DNA from: an uncultured Gaiellales bacterium
GTDB lineage: Bacteria > Actinomycetota > Thermoleophilia > Gaiellales > Gaiellaceae
Direction: 5' to 3'
DNA: 24,000 bases
Assembly: GCA_964636655.1 (NCBI GenBank)
Contig: CAZWTK010000013.1
Location: forward strand, 27,280 to 51,279
Shown: positions 7,014 to 15,210 of the stretch, piece after piece
Layout of the letters: each line of letters opens with the position of its first letter
Numbering within the stretch: the stretch's first letter is position 1
The notes under the pieces: generated by a model
Told to the model about the DNA's origin: nothing
Seen by the model: only the letters and a program-made list of their open reading frames with translations
Database searches by the model: none
Translations under genes and position numbers: made by a program

Positions 7014-8888
7014 TCAGCGCCTGTCGAGGGTCTCGGACATCCGCTCGCGTTCCGGGGTCAGGCCCAGCTCGACGGTGAGCGCCGCCACGACCTCCGGGTC
7101 GAACTGGCTGCCCGCCCGGTTCTGGATCTCCTCCAGCGCCTGCTCGATGCTGAGGCCGCGGCGGTAGGTGCGGTCGCTCGTCATCGAGTCCCAGGCGTCG
7201 GCGACGAAGATGATGCGCGCTCCAAGCGGAATCTGCTCGGCGCTGAGCCCCTTCGGATAGCCCTGCCCGTCCCAGCGCTCGTGGTGGTACAGCACCCAAT
7301 TGGCCACCGGGCCCAGACCAAGGCCCTCGATCATCTGGAAGCCGATCTGCGGATGCCGCTGCAACACGACCAGCTCGGCGTCGGAGAGCGGGTCCTCCTT
7401 GCGCAGCAGCTCCTCCGGGATGGCCAGTTTGCCGACGTCGTGCAGGTGGCCGGCCAGGCGCAGGAGCTCGATCTGCTCGTCGTCGGCGCCGAGGCGGCCG
7501 CCGATCGAGGCGGCGAGATCGCCGACCCGACGCGAATGGGCACCCGCGTTCGCATCGCGTGCGTCGACCGCGTCGGCGAGGCTGGCGGCCGCACGCAGGC
7601 GGTCGTTCAGGCTCGGATTCGCGCCCAGCCGCTCGAGTGCGTAGGCGCTCAGTGCCTCCGGGTGGTACAGGCGCACACGGTTCTTGCCGTGATCCTTGGC
7701 CCAGTACAGCGCGCTGTCGGCCAGACGCGGCAGCTCGCCCCGGGAGACTCCCTCGGAGGGAAAGACGGCAACGCCGCAGCTCATCGTCAGCTGCCGCGGC
7801 AGGTCGTCCACCCTGAGCGAGGCGACGCGCCTCAGGATGGCGCTCGCAACCTCGACCGCCTCCTCGCTCGAGCGCCCGGCCAGGATCACGGCAAACTCGT
7901 CTCCGCCCAGCCTGAAGGCCTCACCGCCGTGGCGCAGGCGGCTGGCGACCGCGACGAGCACGTGGTCGCCCGTGGGATGGCCGTACTCGTCGTTCACCAG
8001 CTTGAGGTTGTCGAGATCGAAGAAGCAGAGAGCGACCGGCTGCCCCGAGCTCTCGGCCTCGTCGAGCTTCTGTTGCAGGCGCTCGTGGAAGCGGCGTGGG
8101 TTACCGAGTCCGGTGAGCGGGTCGGTGGAGGCGAGCTGCATGGCCGAGCGCGCCTTGCGACGCTGGCGCTGGTAGAGGTCGATCGCGGCCAGCGGCCCGG
8201 CCAGGGCGAAGATCAGGAACGGAGATCGTTGCCAGAGCACGATCGTAGTCAGCGACGTCGAGGCTCCGAACAGGAAGGGCAACAGACTCCAGCGAAGCGT
8301 CTGCCAGAGCGTCGGTAGGTAGCGTTTCCCCTCCGAGATGCCCAGCGCGGCGGAGACCAGCACCAGGGTCGGGAGGCCGTAGCCGACGGCGACCAGGACG
8401 ACCGCGGCGACGAGCCGCGCCAGGCTCTCGGACGCCGGCAGCGCCGCGAGCAGGAGGCCGCCACAGACCAGCGCGACTGCGAGCACGGCGGTGTTGTAGG
8501 CGACCCTCATGGGCGGCTGTCGCGTGCGGGCGCTGGCGCCGACGAGGCCGAGAACGCCGACGAAGACCATCGGCTCCCAGCCGAAGAGGACGATGCCGGC
8601 GACGTTGAAGACCGTGGCGAGCGAGTAGCCGCGCAGGCTCTTGCTCTCGACCGGAACCGGATAGCGCTCGGCTACCGCGATGAAGACGAGGAAGGTGGCC
8701 AGCGCCAGCCCGTCGCGCTCGCCCGGAGGGCGTTCTGCGATGCGCACGGCGGCGACCGCCGCGATGGCGCCACCCGCGCAGCAGACGAGGCTCACCAGAG
8801 CCCTGAGCCGGGAGGTGTGGCGGTCGCGCCGCATCGCTCCGCGCCAGCGCCGCCAGCCCACAAGCAGGCGCCGTCCCGGTTTTTCCAT
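7014..8888 (-). CDS. Polytopic membrane c-di-GMP protein: N-terminal multi-TM domain + GGDEF diguanylate cyclase + HD-GYP phosphodiesterase
   Basis: Lies in track ORF 7014..8999. 'DPLTGLGN...FRLGGDEFAV...SCGVA' is the GGDEF domain. 'HLHDVGKLAIP' and 'YHHERWDGQGYPKGL' are the HD-GYP domain. About 7-8 hydrophobic helices lie in the first 250 aa or so. I prefer the ATG at 8888 ('MEKPGRRLL', GGAG upstream); the ORF maximum is 8999. Confidence 0.9.
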   Translation of the reverse strand: MEKPGRRLLVGWRRWRGAMRRDRHTSRLRALVSLVCCAGGAIAAVAAVRIAERPPGERDGLALATFLVFIAVAERYPVPVESKSLRGYSLATVFNVAGIVLFGWEPMVFVGVLGLVGASARTRQPPMRVAYNTAVLAVALVCGGLLLAALPASESLARLVAAVVLVAVGYGLPTLVLVSAALGISEGKRYLPTLWQTLRWSLLPFLFGASTSLTTIVLWQRSPFLIFALAGPLAAIDLYQRQRRKARSAMQLASTDPLTGLGNPRRFHERLQQKLDEAESSGQPVALCFFDLDNLKLVNDEYGHPTGDHVLVAVASRLRHGGEAFRLGGDEFAVILAGRSSEEAVEVASAILRRVASLRVDDLPRQLTMSCGVAVFPSEGVSRGELPRLADSALYWAKDHGKNRVRLYHPEALSAYALERLGANPSLNDRLRAAASLADAVDARDANAGAHSRRVGDLAASIGGRLGADDEQIELLRLAGHLHDVGKLAIPEELLRKEDPLSDAELVVLQRHPQIGFQMIEGLGLGPVANWVLYHHERWDGQGYPKGLSAEQIPLGARIIFVADAWDSMTSDRTYRRGLSIEQALEEIQNRAGSQFDPEVVAALTVELGLTPERERMSETLDRR

Positions 8889-9080
8889 GCCAATCACGCT
8901 CCGGCCTCCCCGTGCAAAGGGGCGGAAACAGCCCGGGAATGCGAGCGCGCAACACTCATGCGCGAAACAACGACCTCCTGGAACGGCGGGGGATAGCAAG
9001 ATTGTTCACCCGGGCTGTCGCGCCCGAATCACTCGGACGAGTGACGCAGGGGCCGTCTTTCTAGGGATATAGGCGCTTAC

Positions 9081-9632
9081 CTATTGGGAGGAGGCCGGTT
9101 TGCTCCCGCGTAGGAGCTGCGGCGCCACCCGCGCGTAGTCGAGCCCCGAGAGCCAGGTCATCACCAGCGCAACAACCCCGGCCCAGAGCGCGATGTCGAT
9201 CGACCAGGCGCCTCCCGCCTGCAATCCGCCCAGCCCGATCGCGACCGCCTGGGACCAGGTCTTGAGCTTGCCGAGGTCGCGCGCCTGCATGACCACGCCG
9301 CGTTCCAGCGCGGCCAGGCGCAAACCCGAGACGAGAAACTCCCGCGCCACGATCAGCGCCACCAACCAGCCGGGGAAGATCCCGTACTGCACCAGCACGA
9401 TCAGGGTCGATAGCACCAGCACCTTGTCGGCCACCGGGTCGAGCAGTGAGCCGAGCGCCGAGGAGTGACCGCTGGAGCGCGCAACTCTGCCGTCGAACCA
9501 GTCGGTGGTCATGGCCAGCGCGAACAGGACCGTCGCGTAGTAGTCGTGGTTGGGAAAGTGCCAGACAAACAGCGCGAGCACGAACGGCGTCGCGGCGATG
9601 CGGGCAACGGTGAGCTGATCGGCGAAGCTCAT
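9081..9632 (-). CDS. pgsA: CDP-diacylglycerol--glycerol-3-phosphate 3-phosphatidyltransferase
   Basis: Only the last 183 aa of the 792-aa track ORF look genuine. The CDP-alcohol phosphatidyltransferase motif is 'DWFDGRVARSSGHSSALGSLLDPVADK'. The protein is multi-TM and the ATG at 9632 is in frame. Confidence 0.9.
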   Translation of the reverse strand: MSFADQLTVARIAATPFVLALFVWHFPNHDYYATVLFALAMTTDWFDGRVARSSGHSSALGSLLDPVADKVLVLSTLIVLVQYGIFPGWLVALIVAREFLVSGLRLAALERGVVMQARDLGKLKTWSQAVAIGLGGLQAGGAWSIDIALWAGVVALVMTWLSGLDYARVAPQLLRGSKPASSQ

Positions 9633-9716
9633 GGCGGGAGAATACGTGTAGGTGCGGTCTGCTCTGCAGATAACCCGCGCGTTCCCAGGGGAATCGTCTC
9701 TAGACTCCTGCACGGA

Positions 9717-10859
9717 ATGGATCTCTACGAGTACCAGGGCAAGGAGCTCTTCCGCCGCTACGGCCTTCCGACCGGCGCCGGACGGTTGGCGCAGACGCCT
9801 GCCGAGGCGCGCGCCGCCGCCGAGCAGCTTGGCGGCGCGGTGGTCGTGAAGGCGCAGGTCCACGTGGGTGGCCGCGGTAAGGCGGGAGGCGTCAAGGTCG
9901 CGGGGAGCCCGCAGGAGGCCGAGGCGCACGCCGCCGCCATCCTCGGCATGGAGATCAAGGGCCACGTCGTGCGCCGGCTCCTGGTCGAGGCCGCCTCGGA
10001 GATCGCCCGCGAGTACTACCTCTCGCTCACGCTCGATCGCGGCACGAAAAAGCCGCTCTTCATGTTCACGACCGAGGGCGGGGTGGAGATCGAGCAGGTG
10101 GCGGCGCGGAGCCCCGAGGCGCTGGTGAAGCTGCACGTCGATCCGCTCGAGGGCTTCCATCCCTGGCACGGGCGTGCGCTCACCTTCGGGGCCGGTATCG
10201 CCGACGCGAACGAGCGCCGTCAGATCGAGCGTCTCTGCGCCCAACTGTACGAAGTCTTCACCGGATGCGACGCGACCCTGTGCGAGATCAACCCGTTGGT
10301 AGTGACCGAATCGGGCGAGCTGTTGGCGCTCGACGCCAAGGTCTCTGTCGACGACAACGCGCTCTTCCGCCACGAGGAGGTAGCGGCGATGCGCGATCCC
10401 GAGGCGGTGCCGGTCGAGGAGCGCGCCGCGCGCGAGAAGGGCGTCACCTACGTCAAGCTGGACGGGGAGATCGGTGTGCTCGGTAACGGCGCCGGACTGG
10501 TGATGTCCACGCTCGACCTGGTTGCGGCGGCCGGCGGTCGCCCGGCCAACTTCTGCGACCTCGGCGGCGGCGGCGGTGCGCAGGGCGTGGTTGACGCGCT
10601 CGAGGTGATCAGCGCCGACCCACAGGTGCGGGCGATCTTCTTCAACGTCTTCGGCGGCATCACCCGCTGCGACGAGGTGGCGCGCGGGATACTGCAGGCG
10701 CTCGAGCAGATCGCGATCGCCCAGCCGATCGTGGTTCGCTTCGACGGCACCAACGCCGAGGAGGGCCGGCGCCTGCTGGCCGAGGCGAAGCTGACGAATC
10801 TGCACCCGGAACCGACGATGCTCGAGGCGGCCGGACGAGCCGTGGAGCTGGCGAGGTAG
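9717..10859 (+). CDS. sucC: Succinate--CoA ligase (ADP-forming) beta subunit
   Basis: 'MDLYEYQGKELFRRYGLP' is the N-terminus at the in-frame ATG 9717. ATP-grasp region 'VVKAQVHVGGRGKAGGVK' and 'GVLGNGAGLVMSTLD' are present. The ORF upstream of 9717 is antisense pgsA. Confidence 0.95.
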   Translation: MDLYEYQGKELFRRYGLPTGAGRLAQTPAEARAAAEQLGGAVVVKAQVHVGGRGKAGGVKVAGSPQEAEAHAAAILGMEIKGHVVRRLLVEAASEIAREYYLSLTLDRGTKKPLFMFTTEGGVEIEQVAARSPEALVKLHVDPLEGFHPWHGRALTFGAGIADANERRQIERLCAQLYEVFTGCDATLCEINPLVVTESGELLALDAKVSVDDNALFRHEEVAAMRDPEAVPVEERAAREKGVTYVKLDGEIGVLGNGAGLVMSTLDLVAAAGGRPANFCDLGGGGGAQGVVDALEVISADPQVRAIFFNVFGGITRCDEVARGILQALEQIAIAQPIVVRFDGTNAEEGRRLLAEAKLTNLHPEPTMLEAAGRAVELAR

Positions 10860-10868
10860 GAGGAGAAC

Positions 10869-11522
10869 GTGGCGCGAGACAATCCCTGGGACGAACGGGC
10901 GCAGGCCTACCGAGACAGCCTTCCGCACGCGGCCGGGCCGGATCTGGACCTGCTCGTCGAGTGGGCCGGGCCGGGCACCGGCAAGACGGCGCTCGATGTC
11001 GGCTCGGGCGGCGGGCACCTGGCCAGGCGCCTGCGTGAGGCGGGCTTCGCCGTCACCACCGCCGACCCCTCGCCGGGCATGCACCCCGACGTCATCTGTC
11101 GCGCCGAGGAGCTTCCCTTCCCGAACGCTTCGATCGATCTCGTGGCGAGCCGCCTCGCCTTTCATCACTTCACCAGCATCGAGCTCGCCCTGGCCGAGGC
11201 GGCGCGGGTAACGCGAAACGCCGTCTTGCTCGAGGATCTCCTGTTCGTAGACGAGCGGGTCGAAGAGGCCGAGAAGCTGCGCGATCCCTCGCACGTGCGC
11301 TGTTACTCGCTTGACGAGTGGCGTGAGCTCTTCTTCGCCGCCGGGCTCGCGCTCGAGGCAACAGAGGTGATCGAGCGCCTGACCTCCTTCAGCGCCTGGC
11401 TCGAGCGCTGCAACTGCACGGGCGAGACTGCCGAGAGGGCGCGCGAGCTGCTCTCGCACCGCCTGAGCGGCGACAACTACGTAAGCACCGTCTTCCTGAT
11501 CAAGGGCTCGAAGCTGCAGTAG
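10869..11522 (+). CDS. Class I SAM-dependent methyltransferase (Methyltransf_11-like), substrate unknown
   Basis: 217 aa. Motif I is 'ALDVGSGGGHLARRL', followed by 'FPNASIDLVASRLAFHHF' and 'LRDPSHVRCYSLDEWRELFFAAGL'. GTG follows AGGAGGAG, which overlaps the sucC stop. Its stop lies 2 nt before the sucD ATG. Confidence 0.85.
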   Translation: MARDNPWDERAQAYRDSLPHAAGPDLDLLVEWAGPGTGKTALDVGSGGGHLARRLREAGFAVTTADPSPGMHPDVICRAEELPFPNASIDLVASRLAFHHFTSIELALAEAARVTRNAVLLEDLLFVDERVEEAEKLRDPSHVRCYSLDEWRELFFAAGLALEATEVIERLTSFSAWLERCNCTGETAERARELLSHRLSGDNYVSTVFLIKGSKLQ

Positions 11523-11524
11523 CC

Positions 11525-12409
11525 ATGGCCATCGTCGTCGACACCTCCACCCGCCTCGTCGTCCAGAACCTGACCGGGCGCGAGGGCTCCTTCCACGCCC
11601 TGCGCAACCGCGTCTACGGCACTCAGGTCGTCGCCGGCGCCGCGCCCGGGCACGGCGGCGAGGATGTCGAGGGAATCCCCGTCTTCAACACCGTGCGCGA
11701 GGCCGTGAGCGAGACCGGAGCCAACACCGCCGCCACCTTCGTGCCTGCCCGCTTCGCCGCCGACGCGCTCTACGAGGCGATCGACGCCGGCCTGCAGACG
11801 ATCGTCTGCATCACAGAGGGCATCCCGGTGCACGAGATGCTCAGGCTCTACCGCTATGCGCGCGACCGCGGCGTGACCCTGATCGGCCCCAACTGCCCGG
11901 GCGTGATCTCGCCGGGGAAGGCCAACGTGGGCATCATCCCGGCCGAGATCTTCGCTCAGGGTTCCGTCGGCCTGGTCAGCCGCTCGGGCACGCTCACCTA
12001 TCAGATCGGGCACGAGCTGGCTCAGCTCGGGCTGGGGAACACGAGCGTGATCGGCATCGGCGGCGACGCGATCGTTGGCTCGTCGTTCATCGACATTCTG
12101 GGGCGCTTCGAGTCCGACCTCGAGACCGAGACCGTCGTGATGGTCGGCGAGATCGGCGGCGACGAGGAGGAGCGGGCGGCTCAGTTCGTGGCCGAGCAGA
12201 TGACGAAGCCCGTCTTCGCCTACATCGCCGGCTTCACCGCCCCGCCCGGCAAGACGATGGGACACGCGGGCGCGATCATCTCCGGCTCCGCCGGAACGGC
12301 GCAGGCGAAGAAGGAAGCGCTCGAGGCGCGCGGCATCGAGGTCGGCACGACGCCGACCGAGGTGGCGCAACTGGTTGCCGATCGGATCTCGGGCTTGGCG
12401 CCCGGGTAG
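11525..12409 (+). CDS. sucD: Succinate--CoA ligase alpha subunit
   Basis: 294 aa. 'VVQNLTGREGSFH', 'GPNCPGVISPG', 'SRSGTLTYQ' and the phosphohistidine loop 'MGHAGAIISG' are present. Confidence 0.95.
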   Translation: MAIVVDTSTRLVVQNLTGREGSFHALRNRVYGTQVVAGAAPGHGGEDVEGIPVFNTVREAVSETGANTAATFVPARFAADALYEAIDAGLQTIVCITEGIPVHEMLRLYRYARDRGVTLIGPNCPGVISPGKANVGIIPAEIFAQGSVGLVSRSGTLTYQIGHELAQLGLGNTSVIGIGGDAIVGSSFIDILGRFESDLETETVVMVGEIGGDEEERAAQFVAEQMTKPVFAYIAGFTAPPGKTMGHAGAIISGSAGTAQAKKEALEARGIEVGTTPTEVAQLVADRISGLAPG

Positions 12410-12447
12410 CGCGTCAACCCGTCTTCCCGACCTCTCGCGGGCAGCGT

Positions 12448-13212
12448 CTAGCGCTCGGCCGAGAGCGTCACGATCTCGTAGGTCACCGCGACTCCGGCGC
12501 CGTTCGCGAAGCGCTTGTCGTAGCGTCGCATACCCTCAGCGAGCGTCCCGGGCGCCAGAACGCGCGGGGTATATCCCGCGCCGGAGGACTTGACAGATCG
12601 AAGAAAGGCTGCACAGTCAGGGTAAGAGAAACGCTCCTCGTACGAATGGACGCGGATCCGAGAGATACCGGTCCCGGCGAGGAGCGTTTCCCATTTCCGG
12701 GCCGGCGGCAGATCGAGGCCGCGCTCGCAGCCGAGTTCGCCCAGCACCTGGTCGAGCTCCCAGAACGTACGCGGGCCGAAGGTCGCCAGCTGCAGCTCGC
12801 CCTGCGCGGAGAGCGAGGCGACGAGGCGGGCCAGCGTCTGCTCGGGCTCCGTCAGCCACTGGACGGTGGCGTTCGAGACGATCAGGTCGTAGCTACCGGC
12901 CTCGGGCTCGAGCTCCTCGATGTCGCGGACGACGAAGCGGACGTCCGGGACGCGCCTTCTCGCCAGCTCGATCATCGCCGGCGCGAAATCCACCGCCATT
13001 ATCCGCGCCGGCGGGAAGCGCTTGGCGAGCAGCTCGGTCAGGTAGCCGGTTCCGCAGCCGAGGTCGAGGATGGAGGACGGCTCACGCTCGATTCTCTCGA
13101 CCAGGCGCTCGGCCATGCCGCGCTGGACGACGCTGAAGATGTCGTAGTAGGCGGCGGCGCGCTCGAAGCGGCGCCGGATCGCCTCTTTGTCGAGAGCAAG
13201 CGCTACAGCCAT
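12448..13212 (-). CDS. bioC: Malonyl-[ACP] O-methyltransferase
   Basis: Last 254 aa of track ORF 12448..14022, starting at the in-frame ATG 13212. Motif I is 'ILDLGCGTGYLTELL', followed by 'YDLIVSNATVQWL'. It sits directly downstream of, and overlaps by 10 nt, a BioH-like esterase within a bio cluster. Confidence 0.85.
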   Translation of the reverse strand: MAVALALDKEAIRRRFERAAAYYDIFSVVQRGMAERLVERIEREPSSILDLGCGTGYLTELLAKRFPPARIMAVDFAPAMIELARRRVPDVRFVVRDIEELEPEAGSYDLIVSNATVQWLTEPEQTLARLVASLSAQGELQLATFGPRTFWELDQVLGELGCERGLDLPPARKWETLLAGTGISRIRVHSYEERFSYPDCAAFLRSVKSSGAGYTPRVLAPGTLAEGMRRYDKRFANGAGVAVTYEIVTLSAER

Positions 13213-13790
13213 GCTCGGAAGCGGTCGTGTTGGCTCAGGAAGGAGGCGTGCCCGGCCTCGGGCCAGACGGTCAGCTCGGCGCCCGGGATGGCCTCGGCGA
13301 GCAGCTTGGCGGCGGCAAGCGGGCAAACGCGGTCGCGGCCTCCATGCAGAAGGCGGACGGGACAGGAGATGTGAGAGGCGCGCTCGAGCATCGAGTAGTC
13401 GGCGAGAAAAGCTAGCCCGCGTTTCAGGGTAGCTACGTCGTGCTCGCGCGGCGGGGTGGGAACCGTTTCGCCGGGCGCGAGCGCGAGCGCCCAGAACTCG
13501 TCCAAGACCGCGTCGGGGTTTTCGCTCAGGCGTTCGCGCATACGTAGAAGTGCCCGCTCGGGCCAGCCGTGGCGGTAGTCGCCCCGGCGGGTGAACTGTC
13601 CGCTCGCCCCGATCAGCGTGAGCGACGAGAGCGTGGTTGTCGTTGCCGCCTCCAGCGCCTGCATCGCCCCGAGCGACCAGGCGACGACCTCGTCCCCGGC
13701 CTCGATCGCGCCGCCGAGCCGGTCGTCCGGCCGCGCGAAGGGCGCCCAAACCTCGGCCGTCGAGCCCCAACCGGGCAGGAAGAGTCTCAA
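13203..13790 (-). CDS. bioH: Pimeloyl-[ACP] methyl ester esterase, compact form
   Basis: 195-aa alpha/beta hydrolase. Shows 'LFLPGWGSTAEVW', the nucleophile elbow 'VAWSLGAM', 'LLHGGRDRVCP' and 'AGHASFLSQ', giving a Ser/Asp/His triad. TTG start follows GAAGGAG with a 7-nt spacer. Confidence 0.75.
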   Translation of the reverse strand: MRLFLPGWGSTAEVWAPFARPDDRLGGAIEAGDEVVAWSLGAMQALEAATTTTLSSLTLIGASGQFTRRGDYRHGWPERALLRMRERLSENPDAVLDEFWALALAPGETVPTPPREHDVATLKRGLAFLADYSMLERASHISCPVRLLHGGRDRVCPLAAAKLLAEAIPGAELTVWPEAGHASFLSQHDRFRAWL

Positions 13791-13816
13791 GACCCGTCTC
13801 CTTCGGACGCCCGCCC

Positions 13817-13853
13817 GGGACCTGTCCTGGTGCCAGGCACGCGGACACGTCCC
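13817..13853. repeat. Palindromic element P1 (bioF-bioH spacer)
   Basis: GGGACCTGTCCTGGTGCCAGGCACGCGGACACGTCCC. 15 of 18 arm positions pair around the centre at 13835. The core is GTCCTGGTGCCAGGCAC. GTTTTG follows on the + strand. Confidence 0.8.
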
Positions 13854-13925
13854 GTTTTGACGGCTGAGATCGGCTCAGCGTACAACTGCTGCAAACTCCA
13901 TCCCTCGAGACTCTCGCCGCCCGCT

Positions 13926-13964
13926 CCGGACACGTCCCGGTGCCTGGCACCGAGCCGTGTCCGG
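13926..13964. repeat. Palindromic element P2 (bioF-bioH spacer)
   Basis: CCGGACACGTCCCGGTGCCTGGCACCGAGCCGTGTCCGG. 17 of 19 arm positions pair around the centre at 13945. The core is GTCCCGGTGCCTGGCAC. Confidence 0.8.
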
Positions 13965-13999
13965 AAAGACCGGTTCGCGCGGCTCGACCTGTCCGGCCG

Positions 14000-14034
14000 C
14001 ACCATGTCCCGGTGCCAGGCACGGGGACATGGTG
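14000..14034. repeat. Palindromic element P3 (bioF-bioH spacer)
   Basis: CACCATGTCCCGGTGCCAGGCACGGGGACATGGTG. 16 of 17 arm positions pair around the centre at 14017. The core is GTCCCGGTGCCAGGCAC. It lies 21 nt downstream of the bioF stop. Confidence 0.8.
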
Positions 14035-14055
14035 GGAAGGGACGGGTTGGACGGC

Positions 14056-15210
14056 TCAGACGGCAGCGGCGAGCGCCTCCAGTGCCAGCTCGAGGTCGGC
14101 GTCCGAGTGAGTCGCCAGCAACGAGAAGCGGATACGCGCCTGGCCGGCGGGAACGGTCGGCGGACGGATGGCCACGGCCAGTACGCCACGCTCCTCGAGC
14201 GCGTGGGCCAGCTCGAGCGCCCGCTCGCTCGAGCCAACCAGCGCCGGAACGATCTGGGTAGTCGAGGCGCCCGTGTCGAGGCCGAGCTCGGCCAGGCGCG
14301 AGCGGAAGCGCTTGCTCTTGGCGCGCAGATCGCGGCGGCGCTCGTCCGCGCCGGCGACGAGATCGAGCGAGGCGTCGATCGCGGCGACGACGGCCGGCGG
14401 CAGGGCGGTGGAGTAGATCAGCGTGCGGCAGGTCGAGACGAGATGGTCGATCAGCGCCCGGTCGGCGGCGATGTAGGCGCCGTAGACCCCGAACGCCTTC
14501 GAGAAGGTGCCCATCTGCAGCTCGATCCGATCGGCCAGGCCGAGCTCGTGTGCGTAGCCCGAGCCGTGCGGGCCGAAGACGCCGCCGCCGTGCGCGTCGT
14601 CGGCCAGAAGCAGAGCGCCGAACCTGTCCTTCAGATCGACCAGCTCGCCGAGCGGCGCGGTGTCGCCGTCCATCGAGAAGACCGTATCGGTGACGATCAG
14701 CTTGCGCGCGGCGCCCGACTTTGCGAGCAGCTGCTCCAGATGATCGAGATCGCGGTGTCGGTAGCGGTTCAGCCCGGCGCCCGACAGCCTTGCCCCGTCG
14801 ACGATCGAAGCGTGATCGAGGCGGTCGAGGAAGATCGCCGTGTCGCGGTCGCAAAGTGCCGCGATCGCACCGACGTTGGCCAGGTAGCCGCTGCCTACGA
14901 CCAGCGCCGCCTCGCAGTCTTTGAAGGCGGCGATCTTCTGCTCGAGCGCGGCGGTCGCGCCGTCGCCCCCCGCCACAAGGCGCGAGGAGCCCGCACCGGC
15001 GCCGAGCGCCGCGCCGCGGGCGGCCGCCTCGGTCAGGGCCGGGTGCCCGGCCAGGCCGAGGTAGTTGTTGGAGGAGAGGTTGACCAGCCGCTCGCCGCCT
15101 CGGTAGGCGATCGGCTCGGCCGGCTGCTCGGTCGTCCGCAGCCTGCGCCCGAGCGCTTCCCGCTCGCGCCGCGCCCGCTCGCTCTCCAGCCAGCTACTCC
15201 AGGAGGTCAT
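14056..15210 (-). CDS. bioF: 8-amino-7-oxononanoate synthase
   Basis: Lies in track ORF 14056..15273. Shows 'LSSNNYLGLAGHP', 'DDAHGGGVFG' and the PLP lysine in 'GTFSKAFGVYGAY'. I prefer the in-frame ATG at 15210 ('MTSWSSWLE'), which overlaps the bioD stop by 17 nt. Alternatives are 15228 and 15273. Confidence 0.9.
   Translation of the reverse strand: MTSWSSWLESERARREREALGRRLRTTEQPAEPIAYRGGERLVNLSSNNYLGLAGHPALTEAAARGAALGAGAGSSRLVAGGDGATAALEQKIAAFKDCEAALVVGSGYLANVGAIAALCDRDTAIFLDRLDHASIVDGARLSGAGLNRYRHRDLDHLEQLLAKSGAARKLIVTDTVFSMDGDTAPLGELVDLKDRFGALLLADDAHGGGVFGPHGSGYAHELGLADRIELQMGTFSKAFGVYGAYIAADRALIDHLVSTCRTLIYSTALPPAVVAAIDASLDLVAGADERRRDLRAKSKRFRSRLAELGLDTGASTTQIVPALVGSSERALELAHALEERGVLAVAIRPPTVPAGQARIRFSLLATHSDADLELALEALAAAV

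Noticed and set aside
8889-8999. 37-aa N-terminal extension of the GGDEF/HD-GYP ORF ('MLSPAVPGGRCFAHECCALAF...').
   Set aside because: The extension is Cys/Pro-rich, unlike the rest of the protein. The internal ATG at 8888 has a GGAG upstream and directly precedes the first basic/TM segment. It is kept only as an alternative start.
9633-11459. N-terminal 609 aa of the 792-aa minus-strand ORF 9081-11459.
   Set aside because: Only the last 183 aa (pgsA) are protein-like. The rest is antisense to sucC and the methyltransferase.
13213-14022. N-terminal extension of the bioC ORF (track ORF 12448-14022, 524 aa), which reads through bioH and the palindromes.
   Set aside because: It is out of frame with the well-supported bioH. 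The repeated 'PGTGT/CPGARH' peptides are simply the palindromes translated. BioC homology begins at the ATG at 13212.
13817-14034. Considered whether the three repeats form a mini-CRISPR array or a BirA/BioQ/BioR operator.
   Set aside because: There are only three copies, with unequal spacing (110 and 72 bp between centres). The central base is A in P1 and P3 but T in P2, as if that copy were inverted. Each unit is a long hairpin rather than a repeat-spacer unit. There is no similarity to the TGTAAACC-type BirA box, the TGAAC-N3-GTTCA BioQ box or the TTATMKATAA BioR box.
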